DNA from: Candidatus Heimdallarchaeota archaeon
Lineage (GTDB): Archaea; Asgardarchaeota; Heimdallarchaeia; JABLTI01
Length of the DNA: 31,334 nucleotides
Reading direction: 5' to 3'
Assembly: GCA_030614005.1 (NCBI GenBank)
Contig: JAUWKS010000038.1
Span: 1-31,334, forward strand
The notes beneath the pieces are model-generated. The model did not search any database. It was not told the origin of the DNA and was given only the letters and a program-made list of their open reading frames with translations. A program made the position numbers and the translations under genes. Positions 10,054-19,223 of the stretch are shown here, one piece after another (the first letter of the stretch is position 1; each line of letters starts with the position of its first letter).

Positions 10054-11637
10054 TTACTTCACTAGTATAGCTGTTACTCCTTCGATTATTCCATTCGATA
10101 TTATAGATGGAATAAATCCGAATAGTATTAGTGCTAATGCAATTAGAACACCAATAAACGTAGTTACAGAGAGATCATTACTCACTCCTGATGTTACTGG
10201 CGAAATTCTCTGTGATTTATTTAGTATTATGGATTTTAGCACAATCATATTACAGATTAATAGTAATAAAACCACCACTCCAATTAAAATACCAAATATT
10301 GAATATTCAGTTTTTATGAGTGAATAAATAATCATAAATATTGTTACTCCACCAAAAGTTGGAAGTATACCTACATTTGATAATAGGCTCACTGTAAAGA
10401 TAAACCCGGAAACTGGTAGGTTTTTTCCTGCTCCTCTCATTTGGATTAAATCATAACTTCCTCCGTTAGCTCCAGCAAATTTTTCTATACAAATAAAGCT
10501 TAGAAAAATCGTTGCAACTATATTTGCCATATACAAATAGCCATAACCAAGGCAATCTTGTAATAATCTTACTTCTGCTAGACCTTCCACAATTACTAGT
10601 CCATTAAATGATAATGTTGTTAATAGAATACCAATATTAACAAATGTTGTATAGACAATAATTTTCATTAAATTGATATCTTCTTTCTTGATTAATTGTC
10701 CAATAATCAGTAAAATACCCTCAAATGCAGTTACAAGTCCTATTCCAGCAACAATAAGGGAATAATTTGTGCCCGAAATAATTCCTGGATTGAAGATGTT
10801 ATTTAATATTCTAATAATTGAGAATACTGCGGTTACACTTGTGAAACCAGTAACCATTATTTTCACTCCTATGCGAGCATTTTGGATTGTAGATGCGGTC
10901 CAAATATTTAGTAAAAACAGATTGGCGAAAATACCGAAACTAATGATCACTAAAGCAATTATAAAATAGACAGCTAAATTCAGATTTTGCAGTAAATTAG
11001 TATTAAATAATTCATTTTCAAGTATATAAGCAAAATTCAAAGTGCCAAATAATCCATATGTTAGAATAACTGCTAAGAGGAGGAGAGCAATAGCAAAGCC
11101 TATTGTCATATAAGCTTTCACTCCGCCAACGCGTAAATCTTCCTTTGTTCTATCGAAAGTAATCAATAATATTAATGACACACCAATAATGACCCACGAA
11201 AGAAACAAAGTGAAGAAATCATATGTTAAAAACACTCCATTTATTCCAGAAATAAGCAAGAGGAAAAAGCTAATATAAATCGGTGCGTTTTGCTGTTCCC
11301 TTATTTTTGCTGTTTCATAAATCAACACAAATATCAATATGATATTTAAAAATAATAGTATCCAAGAGGATACGCCATCACCTCTAAATTGCACTCCAGT
11401 TGGAGGGGAATATTCTACACCAAGCGATGTATCATAAACACCATAGATAATTTTAGTCGTACTTGCTTTTACTTGAGTTATAATAGCACTAAGAAAAGCT
11501 ACAACAGCAATAATTCCTGCAACAGCAATTTCTCCAGAAAAACTCTTCAACCATTTTCGTAATCCGAATATAATTACTCCGAGTAAGAAGGGTAACAATA
11601 TCGGAATCAAGAGAATTATATTTACTGCAATAGCCAT
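10054..11637 (-). CDS. MrpD/NuoM/NuoN-like antiporter-fold membrane protein with divergent charged residues
   Basis: Multi-TM protein. GINGVFLTYDFFTLFLSW and KNLPVSGFIFTVSLLSNVGILPTFGG match the proton-antiporter (Oxidored_q1) family pattern. Likely start is ATG 11637, 1 nt after the upstream stop. Confidence 0.8.
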   Translation of the reverse strand: MAIAVNIILLIPILLPFLLGVIIFGLRKWLKSFSGEIAVAGIIAVVAFLSAIITQVKASTTKIIYGVYDTSLGVEYSPPTGVQFRGDGVSSWILLFLNIILIFVLIYETAKIREQQNAPIYISFFLLLISGINGVFLTYDFFTLFLSWVIIGVSLILLITFDRTKEDLRVGGVKAYMTIGFAIALLLLAVILTYGLFGTLNFAYILENELFNTNLLQNLNLAVYFIIALVIISFGIFANLFLLNIWTASTIQNARIGVKIMVTGFTSVTAVFSIIRILNNIFNPGIISGTNYSLIVAGIGLVTAFEGILLIIGQLIKKEDINLMKIIVYTTFVNIGILLTTLSFNGLVIVEGLAEVRLLQDCLGYGYLYMANIVATIFLSFICIEKFAGANGGSYDLIQMRGAGKNLPVSGFIFTVSLLSNVGILPTFGGVTIFMIIYSLIKTEYSIFGILIGVVVLLLLICNMIVLKSIILNKSQRISPVTSGVSNDLSVTTFIGVLIALALILFGFIPSIISNGIIEGVTAILVK

Positions 11638-11638
11638 T

Positions 11639-13555
11639 TTATGGTCTTCCTCCTGCAAATAAAATAGATACCAAGATAACGAAGGATAGTATAGCCCACA
11701 GAATGATTCCTCCCGGAGCTTTCAATCTTGTCCAGGTAAAATAGTTACTTAGAAAGCTGAATGGTTTTAATATCAAGTAATCATTGATTTTTTCCAAATA
11801 AAGTCCATGTTCTATTACAGACATAACCATTTTTGTTCCTTTGAAGTTTCTTATTGGAGTAAAGATTTTTCCGATTCCATCCCGGTAAGCAAAGAACGTT
11901 CCTACAAGAACTAAGGGTATTATTAGAAGCATTATCATTGATATTGCCCAATTGCTAAAGATTGGGAAATCATACCCTAAGTCTAGGTCTTTCAATAAAA
12001 GCCCTCTGAAAAATCTCGGTGTTGGAGTATCCACTATAATTAATATGAATCCAGCAAAACAAGACCATAATAGAATTAACCCCTCTGAAATCATTGATTG
12101 TAAGCTTATTGGTCTAACTGAGTATTCCTCATTCGTTTCACCAAATAATATTTTCATTAATGATTTTCCTACTGCAAAAATAAGTACTATAGTTGCAACC
12201 ATTGCTAATATCAAGAGTGCTATACTCGATGGAACAACACTTGTTCTTAACGATTCAAAGATCATATCGCGACTAAAGTAAGTACTAAATGGAAACATTC
12301 CAACATAACTTAAAATAGAGATAAATCCTAATATTTGCAAAGCTGGAAATCGTTTTCGTAATCCACTTACTCTTGTAATTTGTTTTATTCGCAAAGATTC
12401 GATTACCATTCCAAATATTATCGTCAATGCAACACTTGCCGCTGATCCAAGAATAAGATGATAGATTGTTGCAAGATAACCTAATTCATTTCCTGCACTT
12501 AGTGCTAAAAATGTTAAACTCACTTGAAAGAGTGAGGTACCGATCATTATTCTATTAATGTTCTTTGATGTAAAAATCACCACTAAACAGGTAACCATTG
12601 TTATTATTGCTGCCCATCCAATGATTATAAATGGTATACTATTGAATAATTCAGTTTCAAAGTGTACTTCTAAACCTTTATTCGAAAACATTGGAAAGAA
12701 TACGCATATGATATAGATACCAATATTACCCAAAGTTGCTGAAATAAGAAATGAAGAAATTGGTAATGGAGCTTTTGCCAAGTCTGCATCATTTTTTTCT
12801 CCGGATAAGGACCAAAGAAGTAATGGAAATTGCGCTGATTTAATGAGTGCACCAAGAACTATGAAAATTTCAATTAGTAATCTAGTATTGCCACTCGTAC
12901 CACCGATAATAGTTTTGGGAGTTCGTATCCATGCATTCATCAAATTCTCAAAATCTAGAGTATTGAATGCTTTACCGATAAAACCAATTCCGATTATTAA
13001 TAAAATATCTCCAACAAAGTTGAAAATGAAGAAGCGCATCGCTGCTTTTCCAACCTTTTCTCCTTCTTCTCCTGACTTATTTCTCCAGTGAGAAATAAGG
13101 AAAAAGCCTCCTAAACTAGCGATTGCAAAACCTAAAAACATCCATAATAGGTTATTTGAAAAGATTGCAAATAACATTCCTCCCTCTGTGATGAGAAAGA
13201 AAAACCAATAATTTGTTTGATTTCTATCTCCAGATAAATAATTGATAGAATAAAGTCCTAGCAAAGCACTAAGGGCACTTATTAAACAAGCAAATCCAAC
13301 TGATAATTCATTGATTCGTATCCCCAAGTAAAGATTGGGTAACCAAAGGAAATATTGACTTAGATGTAAATGCATTTGCCATAATAGAAGCAGAGAAATT
13401 ATCGCTGTTGGAATTAAAATGAAAATTACAAGAATCCAAGATCTAGTTTTTCCTTCTGCAGTAACATAATCCTCTAATTGAGATAGGAATAATGCTAATA
13501 ACGCACCAATAAATGGTAATAATATAGCAACCCAAGTAAGTATAATGCCATTCAT
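11639..13555 (-). CDS. NuoL/MrpA-like antiporter-fold membrane protein with divergent charged residues
   Basis: Motifs LLGLYSINYL, NNLLWMFLG, VGD, IKSAQFPL..W and GMFPFSTYFSRD; long C-terminal region as in NuoL. Confidence 0.85.
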   Translation of the reverse strand: MNGIILTWVAILLPFIGALLALFLSQLEDYVTAEGKTRSWILVIFILIPTAIISLLLLWQMHLHLSQYFLWLPNLYLGIRINELSVGFACLISALSALLGLYSINYLSGDRNQTNYWFFFLITEGGMLFAIFSNNLLWMFLGFAIASLGGFFLISHWRNKSGEEGEKVGKAAMRFFIFNFVGDILLIIGIGFIGKAFNTLDFENLMNAWIRTPKTIIGGTSGNTRLLIEIFIVLGALIKSAQFPLLLWSLSGEKNDADLAKAPLPISSFLISATLGNIGIYIICVFFPMFSNKGLEVHFETELFNSIPFIIIGWAAIITMVTCLVVIFTSKNINRIMIGTSLFQVSLTFLALSAGNELGYLATIYHLILGSAASVALTIIFGMVIESLRIKQITRVSGLRKRFPALQILGFISILSYVGMFPFSTYFSRDMIFESLRTSVVPSSIALLILAMVATIVLIFAVGKSLMKILFGETNEEYSVRPISLQSMISEGLILLWSCFAGFILIIVDTPTPRFFRGLLLKDLDLGYDFPIFSNWAISMIMLLIIPLVLVGTFFAYRDGIGKIFTPIRNFKGTKMVMSVIEHGLYLEKINDYLILKPFSFLSNYFTWTRLKAPGGIILWAILSFVILVSILFAGGRP

Positions 13556-13558
13556 TTT

Positions 13559-13939
13559 TCATTTTTCCTCCTCTGTTTGAGCACTAGTTTCTTCGACTCT
13601 TTGCCCTTCTTGCATACTGAAATCAAAATCAAGCAAGGTTGATCCTTCGTTAACCTTACGCAATCTCTTGTCTAAGCCTACTCCAATTATAACAAAAATA
13701 GCACCCACTATTATAATGAAAAATGCTAAAGTCTGCGCAAGAGGATCTGCGAAAGTGATACTCTGATTGTTTGCTGCACCAAAGGACAATAACAGTAAAT
13801 TTCCGGCCATTAAAAGAAAAACAATACCAAATACTACTTTAAGGAATTTTTTTGCTGTAATCAAAGAATAAATCCCAATACAAAAAAGTATCATTACTGC
13901 TAGTATTGTATAAGGGAATGGTGTGGTCCAATCTAACAT
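13559..13939 (-). CDS. MrpC/NuoK-like small membrane subunit
   Basis: LFCIGIYSLIT.K.FLKVVFG..GNLLLLSFG and DPLAQ (cf. MrpC DPLPQAL); 3 TM. Start overlaps the upstream stop (TAATG). Confidence 0.8.
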   Translation of the reverse strand: MLDWTTPFPYTILAVMILFCIGIYSLITAKKFLKVVFGIVFLLMAGNLLLLSFGAANNQSITFADPLAQTLAFFIIIVGAIFVIIGVGLDKRLRKVNEGSTLLDFDFSMQEGQRVEETSAQTEEEK

Positions 13940-14268
13940 TAATAATATCTCCTCCTTTGCTGCTGGGTTTGTTTTTGCGGTTGTTTTATCACTTCAAAAT
14001 TGACAAGATAATAAGAACCCATTATTGCTAAAGAAATTATTATTAAAATTAGAAGAAGATCATATACTCTAAATGTCCAGAGATTTCGTCCAATTTCTTG
14101 CCCTATAATTGCATAGTTTACTTCTGTCTGATTTGGTCCTGAATAAAAGGAATCTTGATTTATTTCTAGAAAAACTAAGAAAAAGACCATACCAAATAAT
14201 CCTGCACTGATAATCCCTATACCACGTACAAACCATTGATTTAATCGATTTATTTTTGATTCAGTCAT
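13939..14268 (-). CDS. Small 2-TM subunit resembling the NuoJ C-terminal half / MbhE-like subunit
   Basis: IGRNLWTFRVYDLLLILIIISLAIMGSYYL; position between the NuoA-like and NuoK/MrpC-like genes. Confidence 0.5.
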   Translation of the reverse strand: MTESKINRLNQWFVRGIGIISAGLFGMVFFLVFLEINQDSFYSGPNQTEVNYAIIGQEIGRNLWTFRVYDLLLILIIISLAIMGSYYLVNFEVIKQPQKQTQQQRRRYY

Positions 14269-14287
14269 AATTTCTCTCTCTGCGAGT

Positions 14288-14704
14288 TTAAAATCTCCTC
14301 ATATCTTTTTGAACTGTGCGTTTGCTTCTCAGTTTAGACCAATCAACAACAGCAAGACAAATGAAAATAATCACTAGGACTGCTAAGATAAATGGCCATA
14401 TATCAGCTAGAACTAATATTTCAAACAATCCATACAATGGGAAGATAAGTAAAATAATAAAGATTTCAAATACAAGTATGTAAACCGTATATTGATATAA
14501 TTTGTTTAGTTGTTCACCTGAGGTTTTTGTAGTAACTTTCTGATATTCCGGTGGTTCTTCTTCTACACCTTTTGTTTTTTGTTTAATTACTTTTCCAATT
14601 ATTGAAACAACTACTGCTGTTATAATCATTGCAGCAGCAAAACCAAAGGCCAATGCAACAATAATCGGCAAATCTTGCAATTGTAAAGGCATTATTCTTC
14701 CCAC
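14288..14704 (-). CDS. NuoA-like 3-TM subunit, divergent
   Basis: TM1, a long hydrophilic loop, then YTVYILVFEIFIILLIFP (cf. NuoA YLVAMFFVIFDVE) and TM3 ending in DW; first gene of the operon. Confidence 0.6.
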   Translation of the reverse strand: MGRIMPLQLQDLPIIVALAFGFAAAMIITAVVVSIIGKVIKQKTKGVEEEPPEYQKVTTKTSGEQLNKLYQYTVYILVFEIFIILLIFPLYGLFEILVLADIWPFILAVLVIIFICLAVVDWSKLRSKRTVQKDMRRF

Positions 14705-15017
14705 TTATTATTTCTCTATTATGCATATATCAATTCTATATATTAGCTAATTGGTTCCTTTAAGAAGAAAAGTTTGTTACAAATTACTTTATTACTACTC
14801 ATTAACTCTTGTTTCAAATGAGACATTCTACTTTATTTAACGTGCAAAAGAATCTAATCCAGAACCAATAAAATCTTTTGCTTTCTTTGGTACTATTGCA
14901 CTTGTACTAACTAGAAGCACCCTTTTTCTTCATTTGCTATGTACAAAAAAGGTTGCTCTGAAAATAAAAGACTTTGAAAAAAATTAGAAAAAGCATCAGA
15001 TAGCTTGAAAAATCAAA

Positions 15018-15755
15018 CTATATTTGATGCATCCATAATAGACTACGATAAACGTTTACAATTCGTTTTTTGAGTTCTACAGCAGCTTTTGATTCATTCA
15101 TCTTTTCTAAGCCTTTGAGAACTTTACGACAATAATCACATTCTTCACCATTATCTACTTTCTTCCCATCAATATCGAGGATTACTTCAGATTCATAGTA
15201 ATCTCTGAGAGCGGGAGTAATGCCAATTATATCGTAATCTCTTGGATCAAAGAATGTTTCAGCATACCAGCTGATTCGTAAATCTTTCTTATGAACAAAT
15301 AATTTCATAGTAGCTATTGCAATCTCCATAAGAGCCAAATCACCGACAACGACAACCGTTTTACCTGTCATTACTGGTTTCATAACATACTCTAGATCTC
15401 TACCGAAAGTTTTGAGCATCAAAGTAATACTTGCTCTTGCTTCAGCTTGTGATCCTGGAGAAGCTGCTGCTGCTGCAGCCGTTGAACCAGCTTGCGCTAT
15501 TGCTGCTGCTGCAGATCGCGCAGAGGCTTCTTCTCTGCTGCTTCTTGCAATCGTTGAGGAACGATGTTGCCTCAAAGATAAATTTTTATCTAAAAATAAG
15601 GTAATGACATGATCATCATGAAGGTATGATACTTGCCATAGCCCACCTACTTGTGTTTTTAAATCGTCTACGTAAATTGGTATGAAAATATCCTTTCCAC
15701 ACCCTTTACAAGTGAGCGATATTTCTTTTAATGGTACCCTTGCAGATGACAACAA
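15018..15755 (-). CDS. Hypothetical protein: N-terminal CxxC...HxxH domain, Ala-rich linker, DENN-like alpha/beta domain
   Basis: TTG start with GGAG upstream; CKGC...LHDDH; SAAAAIAQAGSTAAAAAAS linker; VMKPVMTGKTVVVVGD resembles the cDENN core. The DENN call is tentative. Confidence 0.6.
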   Translation of the reverse strand: MLSSARVPLKEISLTCKGCGKDIFIPIYVDDLKTQVGGLWQVSYLHDDHVITLFLDKNLSLRQHRSSTIARSSREEASARSAAAAIAQAGSTAAAAAASPGSQAEARASITLMLKTFGRDLEYVMKPVMTGKTVVVVGDLALMEIAIATMKLFVHKKDLRISWYAETFFDPRDYDIIGITPALRDYYESEVILDIDGKKVDNGEECDYCRKVLKGLEKMNESKAAVELKKRIVNVYRSLLWMHQI

Positions 15756-15969
15756 TTTACAACTCCGACTAATTTTTTTTTTTACAATAAACTGTCTTTC
15801 TTTTTATCTGGTATAATAATACTTGCTTGTATTGTTTAAGTCTTATGACAAATTTATCCGTATAAACCTGTGTAGACTTCACTGATATCTTCGATAGTTG
15901 GAAGTTTATAATTTCTTCCTATTATCCAAGTATTATTCACACTGTCCTCCTTAAAAATAAACCTTGTTT

Positions 15970-16290
15970 TTACGGCAAAAACCCCATTAAAAACATAAAT
16001 CCAATAATAAGCGCAAAGAAGACCACTATTGAAATCATTAAGATAGGGAATTTCTTACTTTTAAGAACTATTTTTGGAAGATCCTTCAATGAATAAGGGA
16101 ATTTCTTTACTTCTTTTAACGCTAAAAATGGGAATGCAGTAATTAATCTGCCACTAAAACCTACGCCAAATGCAATTGAAACGGCAGTATATTGAGCGTA
16201 AGAAAAATGATAACCAAATACGGTAAATTCGCCCATAAGAAAATCCACTAAATAGCCACCTGCCAAAGAACCAAGAAATAAAATAACGCC
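15970..16290 (-). pseudogene. 3' remnant of an MFS-type transporter
   Basis: GVILFLGSLAGGYLVD...GRLITAFPFLALKEVK resembles the last MFS helices. The N-terminal ~30 aa of the track ORF (to 16377) is the antisense of a TPR fragment. Confidence 0.55.
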
Positions 16291-16407
16291 ATGGGATTTG
16301 CTAATGGTCGTGCAGGAGATTATGAAGAAGCAATAAAATGGTACAAAAAAGTACTCACTATTGAACCTAATTTCCAAAAAGCAAAGGAATTAGCAAAGAA
16401 GAGTTGA
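16282..16407 (+). pseudogene. Single TPR remnant, absent from the ORF track
   Basis: Reads (NNA)MGFANGRAGDYEEAIKWYKKVLTIEPNFQKAKELAKKS*, a near-consensus TPR. In-frame TAA at 16279-16281 directly upstream. Confidence 0.7.
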
Positions 16408-16497
16408 AAAATAAGAAAGAAAAAAAATTACTTGCAATCACATATTAACCCAAAAGATTTTAAAATAAGTTTACGCGCAAAAGAATAACAGAATATT

Positions 16498-16602
16498 GCC
16501 GGATTAGCTCAGTGGTAGAGCTCTCGGCTGTTAGAGCCTTAAAATGAATAGAAGGCTACAGATACCGGGTGGCCGCAGGTTCAAATCCTGCATCCGGCGC
16601 CA
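16498..16602 (+). tRNA. tRNA-Asn(GTT) with a 30-nt intron (16534-16563) at position 37/38 and encoded CCA
   Basis: Acceptor stem GCCGGAT/ATCCGGC, D-arm GCTC/GAGC, anticodon GTT at 16530-16532, T-arm GCAGG-TTCAAAT-CCTGC, discriminator G. BHB motif: central helix CTGT/ACAG, bulges TAG and ATA, intron stem AGCCTT/AAGGCT. Confidence 0.97.
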
Positions 16603-16620
16603 TCTTTTTTATTTTTTTTT
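16603..16620 (+). terminator. Oligo-T terminator after the tRNA
   Basis: tcttttttattttttttt immediately after CCA. Confidence 0.6.
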
Positions 16621-16652
16621 GTTATCTCATTCTTCAAAAGATGCCTGTAAAA

Positions 16653-16910
16653 TTAATAGTCTTCATCTATTTCATGCAGAATGTCTAGTGCGTCTTTTAA
16701 GCGATTATTAATATAGAAGCTTAATTCGCCATAGTCCTCATTCTTCTGCATTCTAGAAATGTCTATTGCAGCATCAGTTAATTGTTTATGTGCTGTTAAC
16801 ATGATCTCTTCTCGTTCTTTTTCATTCTCTATTGTAGAGAATTTTGGACCAACAAATAATGAACCATTTCCTACTGCTTTTACAAAGAAGAAATTGAAAT
16901 GTTCTGTCAT
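16653..16910 (-). CDS. Hypothetical 85-aa protein
   Basis: ATG-started ORF with protein-like composition filling the gap; no motif recognised. Confidence 0.6.
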   Translation of the reverse strand: MTEHFNFFFVKAVGNGSLFVGPKFSTIENEKEREEIMLTAHKQLTDAAIDISRMQKNEDYGELSFYINNRLKDALDILHEIDEDY

Positions 16911-17046
16911 TTAAGTCAACACCTAGTTTTTTTTACGTTTCTTAGCTATAAAAACTCTCTTCAGGAATATTCATACAAAGCGATAGTCTTAAAGAATCCT
17001 CTATTTTCCTCTTTACACACACATTAAATTTTGTGGATCTGATTAA

Positions 17047-18099
17047 ATGGCAGTAGTAGGCGCAAATAAAACCACTCTTCTTACTGAGCATGAAGAAGAA
17101 ATTTTAGAACAATTAAAGCTTGTAGAGGGTTCTAACCTTTGGACAATCACTTTGAGGCGAATGAGACAAGATCAACTTGGAATGTTTGGTTTAGGTTTAG
17201 TACTAGCTTTATTTGTGATAGCTGTTATTGCTTTTACGCTACAAATATATGATACTTGGTTTGGACTTGCCAATCCTACTGGTGATCCTTGGGATGTTCA
17301 TAATTATTTTATTGAAATCTGGATTCCAGGAACAGAGAAATACTTGCGCTTAATTGCCCATCCTAAGCATATCATTGCAGGTGATGAAGGCTTAGCACCA
17401 AGTGTCCAATATCCATTTGGAACTGATTTACTTGGTCATGATATCTTCTCTAGAATGGTTTTTGGCACACCTTTATCTTTAGCATTAGGTGTTACTGGGC
17501 AGCTTCTAACAAGTTTTCTCGGTGCTGTTGTCGGTGCTGTTTCAGGTTACTATGGCGGATTATTTGATGAAGTAGTTCAAAGAATAAATGAAGTTGTTAT
17601 GGGTCTTCCTGATTTTATTTTATTTATATTCGCAGTTGCTCTTTTTGGACAAGTAGCAGATTTGTTTGAGGGAGGCTATTACATTGTTGTATTAACTATT
17701 CTTGCACTACTTGGTTGGGGTGGCACAAGTTTAATTGTACGAAGTACCGTTCTAAGCTTAAAAGCGAGAGACTTTGTCGAAGCAGAAAGAGCTCTCGGAG
17801 CAAAAGATGCCAGAATTATATTCAAACACATTCTACCTAATGCATTATCCCCACTTATTATTATTACTACCCTTGGAATTGCTGGTACTATAATGAGCAT
17901 TACTGGATTAGCTTTCTTCGGTTTAGGCGATCCAACTGCTGTATCTTGGGGTGATGATTTAGCAGCATACCGAGATCAATTACTAAGTTATTGGTGGATG
18001 CCCTCATTCCCTGCCATGATGATTTTTATTACAATGCTTGGGTTTAATCTTATGGGCGATGCGTTGCGTGATGCCCTTGACCCGAAGCTGAAAAGCTAA
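17047..18099 (+). CDS. Peptide/nickel ABC transporter permease (OppC/DppC type)
   Basis: PFGTDLLGHDIFSRMVFG and the EAA motif FVEAERALGAKDARIIFKHILPN; WWMPSFPAMMIFITMLGFNLMGDALRDALDPK. Confidence 0.95.
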   Translation: MAVVGANKTTLLTEHEEEILEQLKLVEGSNLWTITLRRMRQDQLGMFGLGLVLALFVIAVIAFTLQIYDTWFGLANPTGDPWDVHNYFIEIWIPGTEKYLRLIAHPKHIIAGDEGLAPSVQYPFGTDLLGHDIFSRMVFGTPLSLALGVTGQLLTSFLGAVVGAVSGYYGGLFDEVVQRINEVVMGLPDFILFIFAVALFGQVADLFEGGYYIVVLTILALLGWGGTSLIVRSTVLSLKARDFVEAERALGAKDARIIFKHILPNALSPLIIITTLGIAGTIMSITGLAFFGLGDPTAVSWGDDLAAYRDQLLSYWWMPSFPAMMIFITMLGFNLMGDALRDALDPKLKS

Positions 18100-18157
18100 A
18101 TCAAATAATGGATAGGAGAAATTCTATCCTAGTTAGTTTTTTTACTTTTGATAAAAA

Positions 18158-18937
18158 TTAGTCTTCTGTGAGTTTCACTACTTTCTGACCATTAGGTAAT
18201 TCTTCAATATCGTTTAGTGAAGTTGGCACAACTGATATTTGATTGATATAACTGCAAAATTTGATATCATCCTTAAATCCTAATTTAACTAATTTTTTTC
18301 CGTGCAATGTATTCAGAAGTATTTGGAATAGAGTTTGTTCTTCAAGTAATTTCACAAAATAATCAAGCTCAGCTAAAATTTCTCCGGACAAAGTAAATCC
18401 TGCTTTCTTAAATTCTTGTGCAATAACTAATCCACCGATTTGATCTTCAGTTATTTCATTTGTTATTATCGAGCCTTCGCTAAAAGCGGGAATTATTACT
18501 ATAGGAAAATCATTGCTAGACAACGATTTGCAAATTCCCGTGATTTTAGAAACTACCGCTTTAGCATTGATTGGTGACCCAACAATAATTGCTCGTGAAC
18601 CAATAGCTTCAACAACTCTTTTTGATCCTGTTGATGATGTAAATGAAACAATTTTATTTGACATTTCTTCCAATTTACTTATTTCTACAGGACTATTCCC
18701 ATAATCAAATCCATCGAGCATCTCGCACCCTCGTTCACCCATTAACAAACTGCCGAATTCTTTTGCAGCTAAACGTGTGTCCTCAACTTCCAAAGCAACA
18801 TAAATTGTTGTTATCCCCTTGCTCATAGTTACGGGTATTGTTGTACTTGCTCTAAGGGTATCAACAATTATTGCAATACCTCCTTTGCTTGCTGCCAATT
18901 GAGAACCTTCATAATTTCCAAGGAGAACTATTTCCAT
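18158..18937 (-). CDS. comB: 2-phosphosulfolactate phosphatase (ComB)-family protein
   Basis: IVDTLRASTT, GERG...GFDYGNSPVE and TSSTGS match ComB motifs. Substrate is not established. Confidence 0.85.
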   Translation of the reverse strand: MEIVLLGNYEGSQLAASKGGIAIIVDTLRASTTIPVTMSKGITTIYVALEVEDTRLAAKEFGSLLMGERGCEMLDGFDYGNSPVEISKLEEMSNKIVSFTSSTGSKRVVEAIGSRAIIVGSPINAKAVVSKITGICKSLSSNDFPIVIIPAFSEGSIITNEITEDQIGGLVIAQEFKKAGFTLSGEILAELDYFVKLLEEQTLFQILLNTLHGKKLVKLGFKDDIKFCSYINQISVVPTSLNDIEELPNGQKVVKLTED

Positions 18938-19223
18938 TTTTAAAACACTTCAATGCAAAAATAAACTAATATTACTTTTAAGTATAGCTTTCATTCATTT
19001 TTTGCTATAATAATTCCTTTAAATAGAAATAATGAAAAAGGGATAACTCTATTATATCCTTAAATTAAGAAAATGAGCTTGCAATTGAACTGCCGAAGTG
19101 AAATAATGACTATTTTGAATCGGTGTTAGTATAATATTAGAAAGCAAACAAAAGAATCCGTCAAAAACGAAGACTAACAGTACTTTATGTATTTGGGATC
19201 CTACTATTAGGAGGACTATTAAC

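Noticed and set aside
11639-13555. DabAB-type inorganic carbon pump
   Set aside because: No DabA (beta-carbonic-anhydrase-like) gene is adjacent, and the operon has extra A/J/K/M-like subunits.
15440-15545. gct/gca-rich low-complexity tract
   Set aside because: Explained by the Ala-rich linker it encodes; not a DNA-level tandem repeat.
16498-16602. tRNA as attachment site of an integrated element
   Set aside because: I found no duplicated tRNA 3' end, integrase or viral genes in the window.
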